From Promethearchaeota archaeon (GTDB taxonomy: Archaea; Asgardarchaeota; Lokiarchaeia; Sigyniarchaeales; SOKP01), in the NCBI GenBank assembly GCA_019057865.1, contig JAHLWP010000015.1, forward strand, positions 22,225 to 86,224: DNA of 64,000 nt, in the 5' to 3' direction. The translations under genes and the position numbers were made by a program. Shown piece after piece: positions 8,430 through 18,312 of the stretch; position 1 is the stretch's first letter, and every line of letters begins with the position of its first letter. The notes beneath the pieces were generated by a model. The model was not told the DNA's origin, did not search any database, and saw nothing but the letters and a program-made list of their open reading frames with translations.

Positions 8430-11162
8430 CTATGATTTTTTTTTAGAAATTTTATTAGTTAAATAATTGTCTATTTCTTTAGCAGCTCTCTTTCCTGCAC
8501 CCATAGCAGATATAACAGTAGCACTTCCAGTAACTATATCTCCACCAGCAAATACTCCCTCTATATTAGTCTGTCCATTTTCATTCGTATTAATATATCC
8601 CCATTTGGTCAATTTTAATTCTGGAATTGATTTTGTAAGGATAGGATTTGCTCGTGCACCTATGGCTATGATAATGGTATCAGTGTCTATTAAATATTCC
8701 GAATTTTCAATACGAATTGGTCTTCTACGTCCAGATTCGTCAGGTTCTCCTAATTTCATTTTAATAACCTCCATTTGCTTGACGTTTTCATTTTCATCCC
8801 CTATAAATCTCACTGGGTTTGTTAAGAATTGAAATTTAATGCCTTCTTCTATAGCATGATGATATTCTTCCCTTCTTGCAGGCATTTCTACCTCCGACCT
8901 TCTATATACGACTATAACCTTCTCCGCACCTAACCTTAGTGCTGTTCTGGCTGAATCTAAAACAACGTTACCTCCTCCAATAACAGTTACGATTTTTCCA
9001 ATTTTAATGGGTGTATCATAATCAGGAAATCTGTAAGCTTTCATTAAATTTGATCGTGTTAGGAACTCATTAGCAGTTAGAACTCCATTTAAGTTCAGTC
9101 CGGTTACTTTAAGAAATATGGGAAGTCCCGCGCCAACTCCAATGAAAAAGGCTTTGAATCCCATCTTCTTTAACTCATCAAGAGTTAGGGTTTTTCCAAT
9201 AATTGTATTATACTCTATTTTTACATTTAGCATCTTCAATGTCTCAATTTCATCTTTAACAATTTCTTTTGGCAACCTAAACTCTGGAATTCCGTATGTA
9301 AGGACACCCCCTCCAGCATGGAATGCCTCGAAAATAGTAACATCATAACCCCTCATTGCTAATTCTCCAGCAGCTGCTAACCCGGCAGGTCCTGAACCTA
9401 TAACAGCAACTTTAATACCTTTAGGAGCTGCACATTCGGGACATTCTTTTAATTTGTTTTTTCTTTCCCAATCAGCAATAAATCTTTCTAAATAACCAAT
9501 TGCAATTGGTTCTCCAAGAGAGTTTAATAAGCATGTTTTTTCACATTGCATTTCTTGTGGACATACTCTTCCACAAATGGCAGGTAATAAATTATCTGTT
9601 TTGATTTTATAGAGAGCCTCAATAAATTTTTCCTGTTTTAAAAGTTTTATAAATTCAGGGATTCTAATATCTACAGGACAACCAGTAACACAGAGCGGCA
9701 ATCCACATTGTAAGCATCTTTGAGTTTCTAGTTTGACTAATTCAGTTGTTAATCCTTTTGGTACTTCTTCAAAATTAGTTGTTCTTATTTTTGGATCTTG
9801 TTCAATCATCTTCACTGGATATTGATCAATATAATTTTTTAACTTAGACTTAGCGATTCTACTTAATTCATTATAACTTCTGCTATCTCCTTTTATATCT
9901 TCTTTAATAATCTTATTAAGGTCTAATGCTTTTTGAAAAAACTCAGCACCTTGTTTAGTACGTATAATTACTGTTGACCAACCAGGTTCAGAACCAATTG
10001 ATCCTACTGAAATATCTGCATGTTCAGCTGTTAAATCATCACAGAAAAAACAACCAAATCTCCCATATTTCTTAATTCTTTTTATTGGAATATCAGAAAT
10101 TTTACTATCTTGATCATAAATGATAAATCTTCCCTTATCTATATCCATCTTTTTAACATCAGAAGGATAAACTTGAAACTCATTCTTCAAAAGTTCAATA
10201 ATTTTATTATAATCAAAGGACTCCATGCAAAAGACTCCAATTTTTAGCACTATATTATCATAAAATGGCTTATTTAAAGGATAAAAAGAGATTTTTTTAA
10301 GAGCTTTCATAATACAAGGTGTGCCAACTACTGCAATTTTATCATGATCCTTGGCATCGTGAAAAATTTTTAATACTGGGGTATTTGTATACTTTGTACC
10401 TGCAGTCATTAGGAGTTCTTCATCATTTTCAACTAAAATTGGTAATGGTTTTAGAGGTTCATCTCCTACAGTAACAGCAAAAGAACCATCAATAAACCCT
10501 TGTTCAAATGCGGTTTTAAGTAATGTAGTAACTATTCCTCCATCTTGTGCTACTTTCTTTATACGCGGATAGGTTGTCTGAGCTGTATAAATATCCCGAT
10601 AATAATTGAACTGTTCTAAGAATTTGATATTAGGAGTGTGATTTTCTTCATGATTTTCTAATACTTTTGGAAAAAAGGATCTGGGACAACATGAATAACA
10701 TAATCCACATTCAATACATGACTCATCATCAATCTCAAATGTCCCTTCAGAATAATCAATTGCATTAACAGGGCAGATTGTAACACATAAACCACAACCA
10801 CAACAAAGGTTCGTCTCTTTAATTATGGTGGTATTAGGAAAAACTCCCTTTTTTTCAGACTTTTCAATTATATCTTGAAAAAATCTAGGTTTCTCCCCTA
10901 CAAATCCTAGTAATCCTAATTCTTTTAAATATTCGATATTAGCGAATATATTTGTGTCTGATAAGTTTAATTCCTCTTGTAATCTCTGAATATCAGTAGT
11001 ACCTAATTCTTCAATTTTTTTTAAAATTCTTTGCCTGTCACTTTCTGCAATAGATAAAGAATTAATCAATTGTTCAAATTCTAGTTTATTATATTTTCCA
11101 ATTTTTAGGATTTTATCCTTATTATTTAGTAATGTATCAATTAAGGGGGATTGTACTTCCAT
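8430..11162 (-). CDS. Fusion protein: N-terminal wHTH-like domain + 2x[4Fe-4S] + FrhB/FpoF F420-binding domain + NfnL (NfnB/SudA/GltD-like) flavoprotein
   Basis: CCGCGLCVTICP/CIECGLCYSCCP; FrhB motifs AQDGGIVT, AGTKY, VGTPC, IGVFCMESF, GCFFCDD...ADISVGSIGS..GWSTVIIRT; NfnL motifs RCLQC..CVTGCP, GRVCPQE.QCE, GSGPAG, GGGNV, YRRS, GGDIVTG. ATG 11162 lies behind a GAGGT RBS. Confidence 0.88.
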   Translation of the reverse strand: MEVQSPLIDTLLNNKDKILKIGKYNKLEFEQLINSLSIAESDRQRILKKIEELGTTDIQRLQEELNLSDTNIFANIEYLKELGLLGFVGEKPRFFQDIIEKSEKKGVFPNTTIIKETNLCCGCGLCVTICPVNAIDYSEGTFEIDDESCIECGLCYSCCPRSFFPKVLENHEENHTPNIKFLEQFNYYRDIYTAQTTYPRIKKVAQDGGIVTTLLKTAFEQGFIDGSFAVTVGDEPLKPLPILVENDEELLMTAGTKYTNTPVLKIFHDAKDHDKIAVVGTPCIMKALKKISFYPLNKPFYDNIVLKIGVFCMESFDYNKIIELLKNEFQVYPSDVKKMDIDKGRFIIYDQDSKISDIPIKRIKKYGRFGCFFCDDLTAEHADISVGSIGSEPGWSTVIIRTKQGAEFFQKALDLNKIIKEDIKGDSRSYNELSRIAKSKLKNYIDQYPVKMIEQDPKIRTTNFEEVPKGLTTELVKLETQRCLQCGLPLCVTGCPVDIRIPEFIKLLKQEKFIEALYKIKTDNLLPAICGRVCPQEMQCEKTCLLNSLGEPIAIGYLERFIADWERKNKLKECPECAAPKGIKVAVIGSGPAGLAAAGELAMRGYDVTIFEAFHAGGGVLTYGIPEFRLPKEIVKDEIETLKMLNVKIEYNTIIGKTLTLDELKKMGFKAFFIGVGAGLPIFLKVTGLNLNGVLTANEFLTRSNLMKAYRFPDYDTPIKIGKIVTVIGGGNVVLDSARTALRLGAEKVIVVYRRSEVEMPARREEYHHAIEEGIKFQFLTNPVRFIGDENENVKQMEVIKMKLGEPDESGRRRPIRIENSEYLIDTDTIIIAIGARANPILTKSIPELKLTKWGYINTNENGQTNIEGVFAGGDIVTGSATVISAMGAGKRAAKEIDNYLTNKISKKKS

Positions 11163-11163
11163 C

Positions 11164-12048
11164 CTATGATACCTCACGTTCATATTTTTCTAAAGCTCTA
11201 CATTCCTCCTCATAACATTCTAAAGATTCTTTTTCTTGAGCAAGAAATCTATTAGCGCGTTTTAGTAGATTATCAAAATTAACAATATGTCCATCAACAT
11301 CAGGACCATCTACACACGCAAATTGGATATCTCCATCAATAGTGGAAAAACGACAACCTCCACACATTCCAGTTCCATCAATCATAATAGTATTCAAAGA
11401 AACATAAGTCTTTACTTTAGGTAAATCACCAGATCCATTAGTAGTAAGAGCGACAAATTTCATCATGATTAGAGGTCCAATCGCAATTACAATACTAATT
11501 TTCTCTCTTTTTAGTATATCTTTAAGTGGTTCAGTAACAACTCCCTTCCTTCCTTCAGTCCCATCATCAGTACAAATGATTAATTCATCACTTACAGAAC
11601 GCATTTTTTCTCTCCAAAATAGTAAACTTGTGTTTCTTGCACCCATTATTGTAATTATTTTATTTCCTGCTTCCTTTAATTCTTTCACTTGAGGATAACA
11701 TGGAGCAATTCCAACACCACCCCCAATTATTATTACAGGAAATTCATACTTTTGAATGTGAATTCTATTTCCTAAAGGTCCAACAACATCAAGGATCTTA
11801 TCACCTACATTTTGATGAGACAATAATTTAGTACTTTTCCCGATAACCTGAAAAACAATAGTTATTATTCCTTTTTCTCTGTTATAATCTGCGATTGTTA
11901 ATGGAAATCTTTCACCAGTTTCATTTATTCTTAATAATATGAAATTTCCAGCATATGCTTTTTGAGCGATTAGTGGAGTGTGAAGAACCATTTCGAATAG
12001 TAATCCACTAGTCCCAAATTCCCTTTTCTCTAATATTTCATATGGCAA
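11164..12048 (-). CDS. nfnA: NfnS (NfnA/SudB-like) FAD/[2Fe-2S] subunit of NADH-dependent ferredoxin:NADP+ oxidoreductase
   Basis: GERFPLTIAD, GPLG, GGGVGIAP, TDDG, DGTGMCGGCR, CVDGP. Confidence 0.88.
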   Translation of the reverse strand: MPYEILEKREFGTSGLLFEMVLHTPLIAQKAYAGNFILLRINETGERFPLTIADYNREKGIITIVFQVIGKSTKLLSHQNVGDKILDVVGPLGNRIHIQKYEFPVIIIGGGVGIAPCYPQVKELKEAGNKIITIMGARNTSLLFWREKMRSVSDELIICTDDGTEGRKGVVTEPLKDILKREKISIVIAIGPLIMMKFVALTTNGSGDLPKVKTYVSLNTIMIDGTGMCGGCRFSTIDGDIQFACVDGPDVDGHIVNFDNLLKRANRFLAQEKESLECYEEECRALEKYEREVS

Positions 12049-12242
12049 TTTTACTACATTTAGTTTGGTAAATTAACGGTTTAAATTCCTTTCTTAAAAT
12101 TTAAGAATTAATTAAATTTTTTTAAATTATTGATTATGAAAAAGAGGAAACCATTTGGTTAAAAATTATTTACAGAATATAAGTTTTAAATATTTAAAAT
12201 ATTAAAAAAAATTGAAATTTTAAAAAGAAAAATAGTACATAT

Positions 12243-12450
12243 TTAATTTAGGAAAAATAATTCTCCAATAAAAATAGTTAAACCTATAGTTTTAATTCTA
12301 TCTTTTAATACCTTATATTCATTCAAATAGCAATTGAAATGAGCTAAGCTCTTCGGGCAACTAACAGTCATGTATTTTGCACCACTTTTTATAGCTTCTT
12401 TAATCTGATTTCTTTGAATTATTTTAGAATAATCAGTATAGATTAAATAA
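12243..12450 (-). pseudogene. C-terminal fragment of a CCG-domain (HdrD/GlpC-type) Fe-S oxidoreductase
   Basis: IKEAIKSGAKYMTVSCPKSLAHFNCYL resembles the CCG EA...GA...VT.CP.C motif; no N-terminal part, second Cys replaced. Confidence 0.55.
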
Positions 12451-12640
12451 ACAAACACTCTGCAACTATTTTTTAATCCTTTCAGAATTGAGAAGATAAT
12501 GGTTGTAAAATTAAACTTGATCAAAAGATCCAATGTGTTATAGAAATTTCTAAGTTTTTATGGAAAAGTTAATTTGGTTAGAAAAATTTATAGAGAATAA
12601 GAACTAATTCAAATGCCTATAGATTCTGCTAATAATTGAT

Positions 12641-14194
12641 ATGATTATTGTCTTAGATTTTGGGGGTCAATATTGCCATTTAATTGCAAGAAGAATTAGA
12701 GAGTTAGGAGTATATTCCGAGATTTTACCTTATGATATTGATTTAAATAAAATTAAAGAAATAAATCCAAATGGGATTATTTTATCTGGAGGACCTGGAA
12801 GTGTATATGATAAAGGCAGTCCGCAATTATCAAAAGAATTTTATGATTATGTAAGAGGAAATAAAATTGCTGTTCTCGGAATTTGTTATGGTCTTCATTT
12901 ACTTATTCATCAACTTGGTGGAAAAATTGAACCGCATGTTCAGAAAGAATATGGCCGGACAGAAATAAATATCATAAAACCAGAAGGACTGCTTGATTCT
13001 TTAAAAAAAAGAGAAATAGTATGGATGTCTCATGGAGACCAAGTAAAAGAAATGCCTGATGGCTTTCAAATATTAGCTAAAACAGACACATGCCCTATAG
13101 CTGCTTATCAAAATAAAAAACTAAAAATATATGGGGTCCAATTTCATCCTGAAGTTATACATACGCCAAATGGAAACATCATACTCAATAATTTTATTAG
13201 TAAAATCGCAAATGCGAAGAAAGAATGGAAATTAGAGGATTGGATACAAAAAACGATCAAAGAGGTTCAACAAGAAATAGGTCCGAATAAAAGAGCTATT
13301 TTAGGTCTTAGTGGAGGTGTAGATTCATCTGTTACTGCCTTATTGATTCAAAAAGCAATTGGTGATAGACTACATTGTATCTTTGTAAATAATGGACTAT
13401 TGAGAAAAAATGAAGAAATAGAGGTTCAAAAGACATTTAAAGAAAATTTAAAATTCAAAAACTTTCATTATGTGGATGCTGAAGATCTTTTTCTGGATAA
13501 GCTTAAGGAAGTTGAAGATCCAGAGGAAAAACGTCGAATTATAGGACACACTTTTATTGAAGTATTTGAGAATAAGACTATTCAATTAGAAAAAGCGTAT
13601 CCTAATATAAAATACCTTGCCCAAGGTACAATATATCCAGATAGAGTGGAGACAAGTGCTACAAGTAATGCATCAGCGAAAATTAAATCACATCATAATC
13701 TTACCCTGCCTGATGATATGACATTGGAAATTATTGAACCATTGAGGGACTTGTATAAAGATGAAGTTAGAAAAATTGGAATTAAATTAGGCTTGCCAAA
13801 AGAAATAATTCATAGGCACCCATTCCCAGGACCAGGATTAGCTGTCAGAATTATTGGCGTCATAGACAAAGAGAAACTTGATATTTTGAGAGAGGCAGAT
13901 GAGATTCTAATTGATGGATTAAAAAAGGCAGGAATTTATGAAAGTCTATGGCAAGCATTTTGCGTGTTTTTGCCCTTAAAGACTGTCGGAATTATGGGTG
14001 ATTATCGAACTTATGAGTATATATGCGCAATAAGAGCAGTCGAATCTCTTGATGCAATGACTGCAAATTTCGCTAAATTAGATCTGGATTTATTGGAAAA
14101 AATTGGTACAAGAATCATTAATGAAGTAAAAGGAATAAATCGAGTAGTATATGATATCACCAATAAACCCCCAGGTACAATTGAATATGAATAA
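12641..14194 (+). CDS. guaA: GMP synthase, fused glutamine amidotransferase + synthetase
   Basis: LDFGGQY, SGGP, GICYG, QFHPEV, SGGVDS, QGTIYPD, IKSHHN, RHPFPGPGL, KPPGTIEYE. Confidence 0.97.
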   Translation: MIIVLDFGGQYCHLIARRIRELGVYSEILPYDIDLNKIKEINPNGIILSGGPGSVYDKGSPQLSKEFYDYVRGNKIAVLGICYGLHLLIHQLGGKIEPHVQKEYGRTEINIIKPEGLLDSLKKREIVWMSHGDQVKEMPDGFQILAKTDTCPIAAYQNKKLKIYGVQFHPEVIHTPNGNIILNNFISKIANAKKEWKLEDWIQKTIKEVQQEIGPNKRAILGLSGGVDSSVTALLIQKAIGDRLHCIFVNNGLLRKNEEIEVQKTFKENLKFKNFHYVDAEDLFLDKLKEVEDPEEKRRIIGHTFIEVFENKTIQLEKAYPNIKYLAQGTIYPDRVETSATSNASAKIKSHHNLTLPDDMTLEIIEPLRDLYKDEVRKIGIKLGLPKEIIHRHPFPGPGLAVRIIGVIDKEKLDILREADEILIDGLKKAGIYESLWQAFCVFLPLKTVGIMGDYRTYEYICAIRAVESLDAMTANFAKLDLDLLEKIGTRIINEVKGINRVVYDITNKPPGTIEYE

Positions 14195-14205
14195 ATATTA
14201 CCCAA

Positions 14206-14910
14206 TCATGCTAGATTTGAAACTATACCCTCTTTTTCTATTGTCCAAGCACCATAACCATGGATAAATAAACATATAGCAAATGTGTATAATACGATTT
14301 TTTGACCCGTTACTTGAATTATTAGTCCACTAGTTGTTTCTATGCTCGGTCCTGCAAATAGTAATACTAAATATAATGCTAAAATCACTGAAAACACCAT
14401 AAGATTATATCCATATTTTTTTGGGTAAGTTTTATCAAGAAAAATAGAGATTAAATATAAAAAGGAGGCAAAGAATCCTATTAGAAACCCTGCATAGACA
14501 AAAAGTATGTGTGCAGCCCGATGAATATCTGACGGTGCAAAAGTTATAGCAGAAAAACAAAACGCAGAGAATATTCCGAGAATAGACCCTCCAAGACTAA
14601 TCCAATGTTCTATACTCCCTTTATCGAAAAAATGTGGAAAAGCTAAAAATGATGGTATTAATAAGATACCCACGAAAAAAAATGCCGTGCTAAAAAAAAC
14701 AAATGCCACGAAATTAGACTCTCCTGAGTGTGATACCGTCCGACCTATATCACTAAAAAAATTTAAAAAGAAAGAATATCCTGGAATAGTATGGTCGTTA
14801 TATGTACCTCCCGTATAGAGTAACATTCCTATAAATGTGAAGAGGATAAATTGAGCACATCCAACCATATTCAAAATGTACGCCCATTTTTTCCAATTTG
14901 TAAGATTCAC
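14206..14910 (-). CDS. Multi-pass membrane protein (DUF998-like)
   Basis: ~6 TM segments, GYSFFLNFFSDIG motif. Confidence 0.65.
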   Translation of the reverse strand: MNLTNWKKWAYILNMVGCAQFILFTFIGMLLYTGGTYNDHTIPGYSFFLNFFSDIGRTVSHSGESNFVAFVFFSTAFFFVGILLIPSFLAFPHFFDKGSIEHWISLGGSILGIFSAFCFSAITFAPSDIHRAAHILFVYAGFLIGFFASFLYLISIFLDKTYPKKYGYNLMVFSVILALYLVLLFAGPSIETTSGLIIQVTGQKIVLYTFAICLFIHGYGAWTIEKEGIVSNLA

Positions 14911-15052
14911 TCTAATTCTCCCTAGAAAGGATTAAAAATTAAATTAATATCAATTTGAAATTATAAAAAACTATTGCCTTTTCTACTTCAAGACAAAAAC
15001 TTTTAATTTGGTAAATATTTTTTAATATCCAATTTTTAACATCTTGATTATA

Positions 15053-16843
15053 ATGACTGAAAAAGAAATTGCATGGGATTTAACTGAAATTTTTTCTGGG
15101 TCTGATGATACTAAAATAACTGCAACTATGGACAACTTATTGAAAAAAGCTGATGGATTCATAAATGACTATAAAGGAAAAATCATTACACCTGATTTTA
15201 ATTCCCAAAAATTGCTAGAACTGTTCAAAAAACAAGAGGAGTTTCAAGCAGATCTAGCTGAATTAAATCTCTATACAAATAGATTATATAGTGGGAATAT
15301 GACAATTCCAGAAAGCGAGGCTTTGAAAAATCGAGTTGAAGATTTTGGAACAAAAATATCAAAAGATTTAGCATTTTTGGAGTTAGATACAGCAAAATTT
15401 GTGAATAACAATCCTGATCTTGTTAATGATCCAATTTTATCTAATTATAAGCATATTTTAGAAACGATTCAAAGAGCATTTCCTCATTATTTATCTGAGG
15501 TGGAAGAGCAACTAATCCTTGAAAAAGATCAATATGGGATTAGGGCCTGGAGTAATTTACAGTCTAAATGGTTAAATACAAGAAAAATAATAGTAAGTGT
15601 TGAGGGTAAAGAGAAAGAGTTATCATATGGCGAAGCAAATGCTTTACTTACACATCCAGATAGGAATACTCGAATATCAGCAAATAAATCTATTTATGGT
15701 TTGCTAGAGAAGGAAGAGTATGTGTTTTCATCAGCACTACGGAGTGTTTGTGGAGATTGGGTAAAAAATTCTCAAAGACGAAAATATGATACCCCAATGC
15801 ACAATAGTCTTATAGTAAATGATACAAATCAAGAAATTATTGATAATTTAATGAAAGCAATAGAAGAAGGGGTAGAAGTATATCGCAAATATCTAAGCCT
15901 AAAAATTAAAATATTAGATCTTCCTAAGTTAAATTGTGCAGATGTTCGAGCTCCGCTCCCAATGGCGCCTCACAAAAAATATTCATGGGAAGAAGCAAAA
16001 CAATTGGCAATTCAAGCCTATGAAAAATTTGATCCTGAATTTGCTAAAATTGTAAAAGATATGTTTACTCGAAATCATATTGATGCGAGTCCTAGAAAGG
16101 GTAAAAGAAATGGAGCAAATTGTGCTTCATGGTATAAAGGTAAATCTGCTTATATTCTTATGACTTATACTGGAGAAATCAATGAAATTTTTACGCTTAT
16201 TCACGAGCTTGGACATGCCATCCATGGTTATTTGGCTATTGCTGAACAAACCTACTTTAATATTCATCCTGGTTACACCGTAGCAGAAACCGCATCAACC
16301 TTCGGGGAATTATTAATAACCGATCTCCTCCTTGAAAAGGCAGGTTCAGATGAAGAAAAAATGGCGATATTAGCGCATGTATTGGATGATGCTGGGCAAG
16401 CTGCTTTTCAAGTGAGTGCTAGAGTCTGGTTTGAACAGGATCTCTATAAGGCTATTGAAAGTGGTGAAAATTTGGATGGAAAAACGATTTCAAAGTATTG
16501 GTGTGCTGGTAGAGACAAAATTTATGGAGATTCTGTAGAATGGTTTGATGAAATGGATTGGGAGTGGACAATGAAACCACATTACTTTATACCAAATTTT
16601 CGTTTCTACAATTATCCATATGTTTATGCTCAATTGTTTGTTTATGCCTTATATAAAACGTATAAACAAGAGGGAAAAGAATTTGTCCATAAGTTCAAAA
16701 AACTTCTCGCTGTGGGGGGTAGTTTGTCTCCAGAAGACCTTGGTAAAATTGTAGGATTAGATGTCACAAAAAAAGATTTTTGGAAGTTAGGAATTAAACA
16801 ATATGAAGATTTCGTAAATCAGTTAGAAAAACTTATGAATTAA
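15053..16843 (+). CDS. pepF: Oligoendopeptidase F (M3B)
   Basis: WDLTEI, PRKGKRNGA, HELGH zinc motif, AETASTF, FYNYPY. Confidence 0.92.
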   Translation: MTEKEIAWDLTEIFSGSDDTKITATMDNLLKKADGFINDYKGKIITPDFNSQKLLELFKKQEEFQADLAELNLYTNRLYSGNMTIPESEALKNRVEDFGTKISKDLAFLELDTAKFVNNNPDLVNDPILSNYKHILETIQRAFPHYLSEVEEQLILEKDQYGIRAWSNLQSKWLNTRKIIVSVEGKEKELSYGEANALLTHPDRNTRISANKSIYGLLEKEEYVFSSALRSVCGDWVKNSQRRKYDTPMHNSLIVNDTNQEIIDNLMKAIEEGVEVYRKYLSLKIKILDLPKLNCADVRAPLPMAPHKKYSWEEAKQLAIQAYEKFDPEFAKIVKDMFTRNHIDASPRKGKRNGANCASWYKGKSAYILMTYTGEINEIFTLIHELGHAIHGYLAIAEQTYFNIHPGYTVAETASTFGELLITDLLLEKAGSDEEKMAILAHVLDDAGQAAFQVSARVWFEQDLYKAIESGENLDGKTISKYWCAGRDKIYGDSVEWFDEMDWEWTMKPHYFIPNFRFYNYPYVYAQLFVYALYKTYKQEGKEFVHKFKKLLAVGGSLSPEDLGKIVGLDVTKKDFWKLGIKQYEDFVNQLEKLMN

Positions 16844-17101
16844 TTGACTTCATTTGTTATTCTGCCTTCAATTGTCTTGGTTAGATTGGAGGGTCTATTT
16901 TTTTTTTAAATATCCATATATCCAACGACCAATTCTCCTAAATAAGGTGTAGGAATTGATCCTTCATTCATCCTACTCACTGGACTCTTGCTTGTACCGC
17001 TGCCAGTACCATCGAAGGTCATTCCATCCACCTTTCCTTCTTGCATATAGGCCAAATTTTCCTATAACATGAAAATCTTTTTAACATCACCTCCTTATCT
17101 T

Positions 17102-17356
17102 TTACAAGGCCTCATATTGACGTGGTCTACGATTATAATATATTTTTAATCTTTCTGGTGCTTTTATGTTAATTCTTCGGATTACTTTAGAGAGAGAGTT
17201 GGGATTTGAATATCCCATCGCCGCAGACCATTCTGCTGCTGTGGATCTTCCTAATTCTCTTAATTTTTCTAAACATATTTGCTCGTATGTTCTTGTCTCT
17301 TTTTCTATCGTCTTTAACTTCTCCTGAAATTTATATCTAAATTGTTTTAATGACAT
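17102..17356 (-). CDS. Small basic winged-HTH-like DNA-binding protein
   Basis: LEKLRELGRSTAAEWSAAMGYSNPNSLSKVIRRI HTH pattern. Confidence 0.6.
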   Translation of the reverse strand: MSLKQFRYKFQEKLKTIEKETRTYEQICLEKLRELGRSTAAEWSAAMGYSNPNSLSKVIRRINIKAPERLKIYYNRRPRQYEAL

Positions 17357-17390
17357 CTTAATTCTGGGTAAAGCATCATTTCATTTTATG

Positions 17391-17406
17391 TGGGAATGCT
17401 TTCCCA
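17391..17406. promoter_or_regulatory. Palindrome TGGGAA-TGCT-TTCCCA, candidate operator upstream of the small HTH gene
   Basis: Perfect 6-bp inverted repeat; related half-site TGGGTAAAGCAT at 17365-17376. Confidence 0.4.
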
Positions 17407-17740
17407 TTACTTACTTAAATAATAATACACGCGGTCATATATAAATCTTCGGATTGTGATTAAACAATTCTATAATATTTCATCAAATTATTAAATAACT
17501 CGACAAAAATAATAAAACAGAATGAACAAAGCACCTAGATCGAGTAAATATTATGAACTATTTTCAATACTATATAGTCATATATTTTAAATTAATGGTT
17601 AATTATTGAAAAATTTTTAATTTAGTAGATGTATTTTTATAGAGCTAACAAAATAAGTGTTAAATATCTTAGTATCAATATACAACTTAATCCAATATTT
17701 TCATTTTAATATATATATAAAAAAATAGAATTGATTTAAA

Positions 17741-18283
17741 ATGAGTTTAAAGTGTTATTATCATCCTGAAAGAGAATCTATTACCAAATGTGAAACCTGT
17801 GGGAGATTAATTTGTGTAGCGTGTAAAACAGTTGTTCATAGAACACATGGAACTAACGAAGATAGATATTCTACCCGTCATGAAGTTTGTGTTCCATGTA
17901 AACTCGATGAAGAGCTACAAAAATTCAGTATGACCCGAATTATTGCTACTTTTTCTATTTTCTTTATTTTCATAATTATATTCATATCTATAACTACTGT
18001 TACCAATACTCAGATGAGAGATCCTATTTTGAGATTTCTTCCTATTATAGGTATTGTAGCATTAATTATTATCACCATAGGCTATCTTATTTGGATGATA
18101 TTTAAACGGCCTAAAGAAATAGCAAAGATTAAAATTCAGAAAGAAGAATTCTTAAAAAGTATAAAAGTTCCAACAAGTATTAAAGAAGAGGAAATAATAA
18201 CAAAGTTTTGTCCTGAATGTGGTACTCGAGTTGAACCCGATACTTCAGTTTGTAGCTATTGTGGCTTTATTATTAAAGAATAA
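17741..18283 (+). CDS. B-box-like zinc finger + 2 TM + C-terminal zinc ribbon protein
   Basis: CYYHP..CETC...ICVAC...CVPC, two hydrophobic helices, CPECG...CSYCG. Confidence 0.75.
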   Translation: MSLKCYYHPERESITKCETCGRLICVACKTVVHRTHGTNEDRYSTRHEVCVPCKLDEELQKFSMTRIIATFSIFFIFIIIFISITTVTNTQMRDPILRFLPIIGIVALIIITIGYLIWMIFKRPKEIAKIKIQKEEFLKSIKVPTSIKEEEIITKFCPECGTRVEPDTSVCSYCGFIIKE

Positions 18284-18312
18284 TTTGAATAATTCCTATT
18301 TCCAATTTTAAT

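Noticed and set aside
8430-11183. Calling the fusion 'glutamate synthase small subunit' with start at 11183
   Set aside because: No GltB is nearby, the NfnS partner is adjacent, and the RBS supports ATG 11162.
17086-17096. ATCACCTCCTT as the 3' end of a 16S rRNA gene
   Set aside because: No other rRNA-like sequence around it; better explained as a minus-strand SD.
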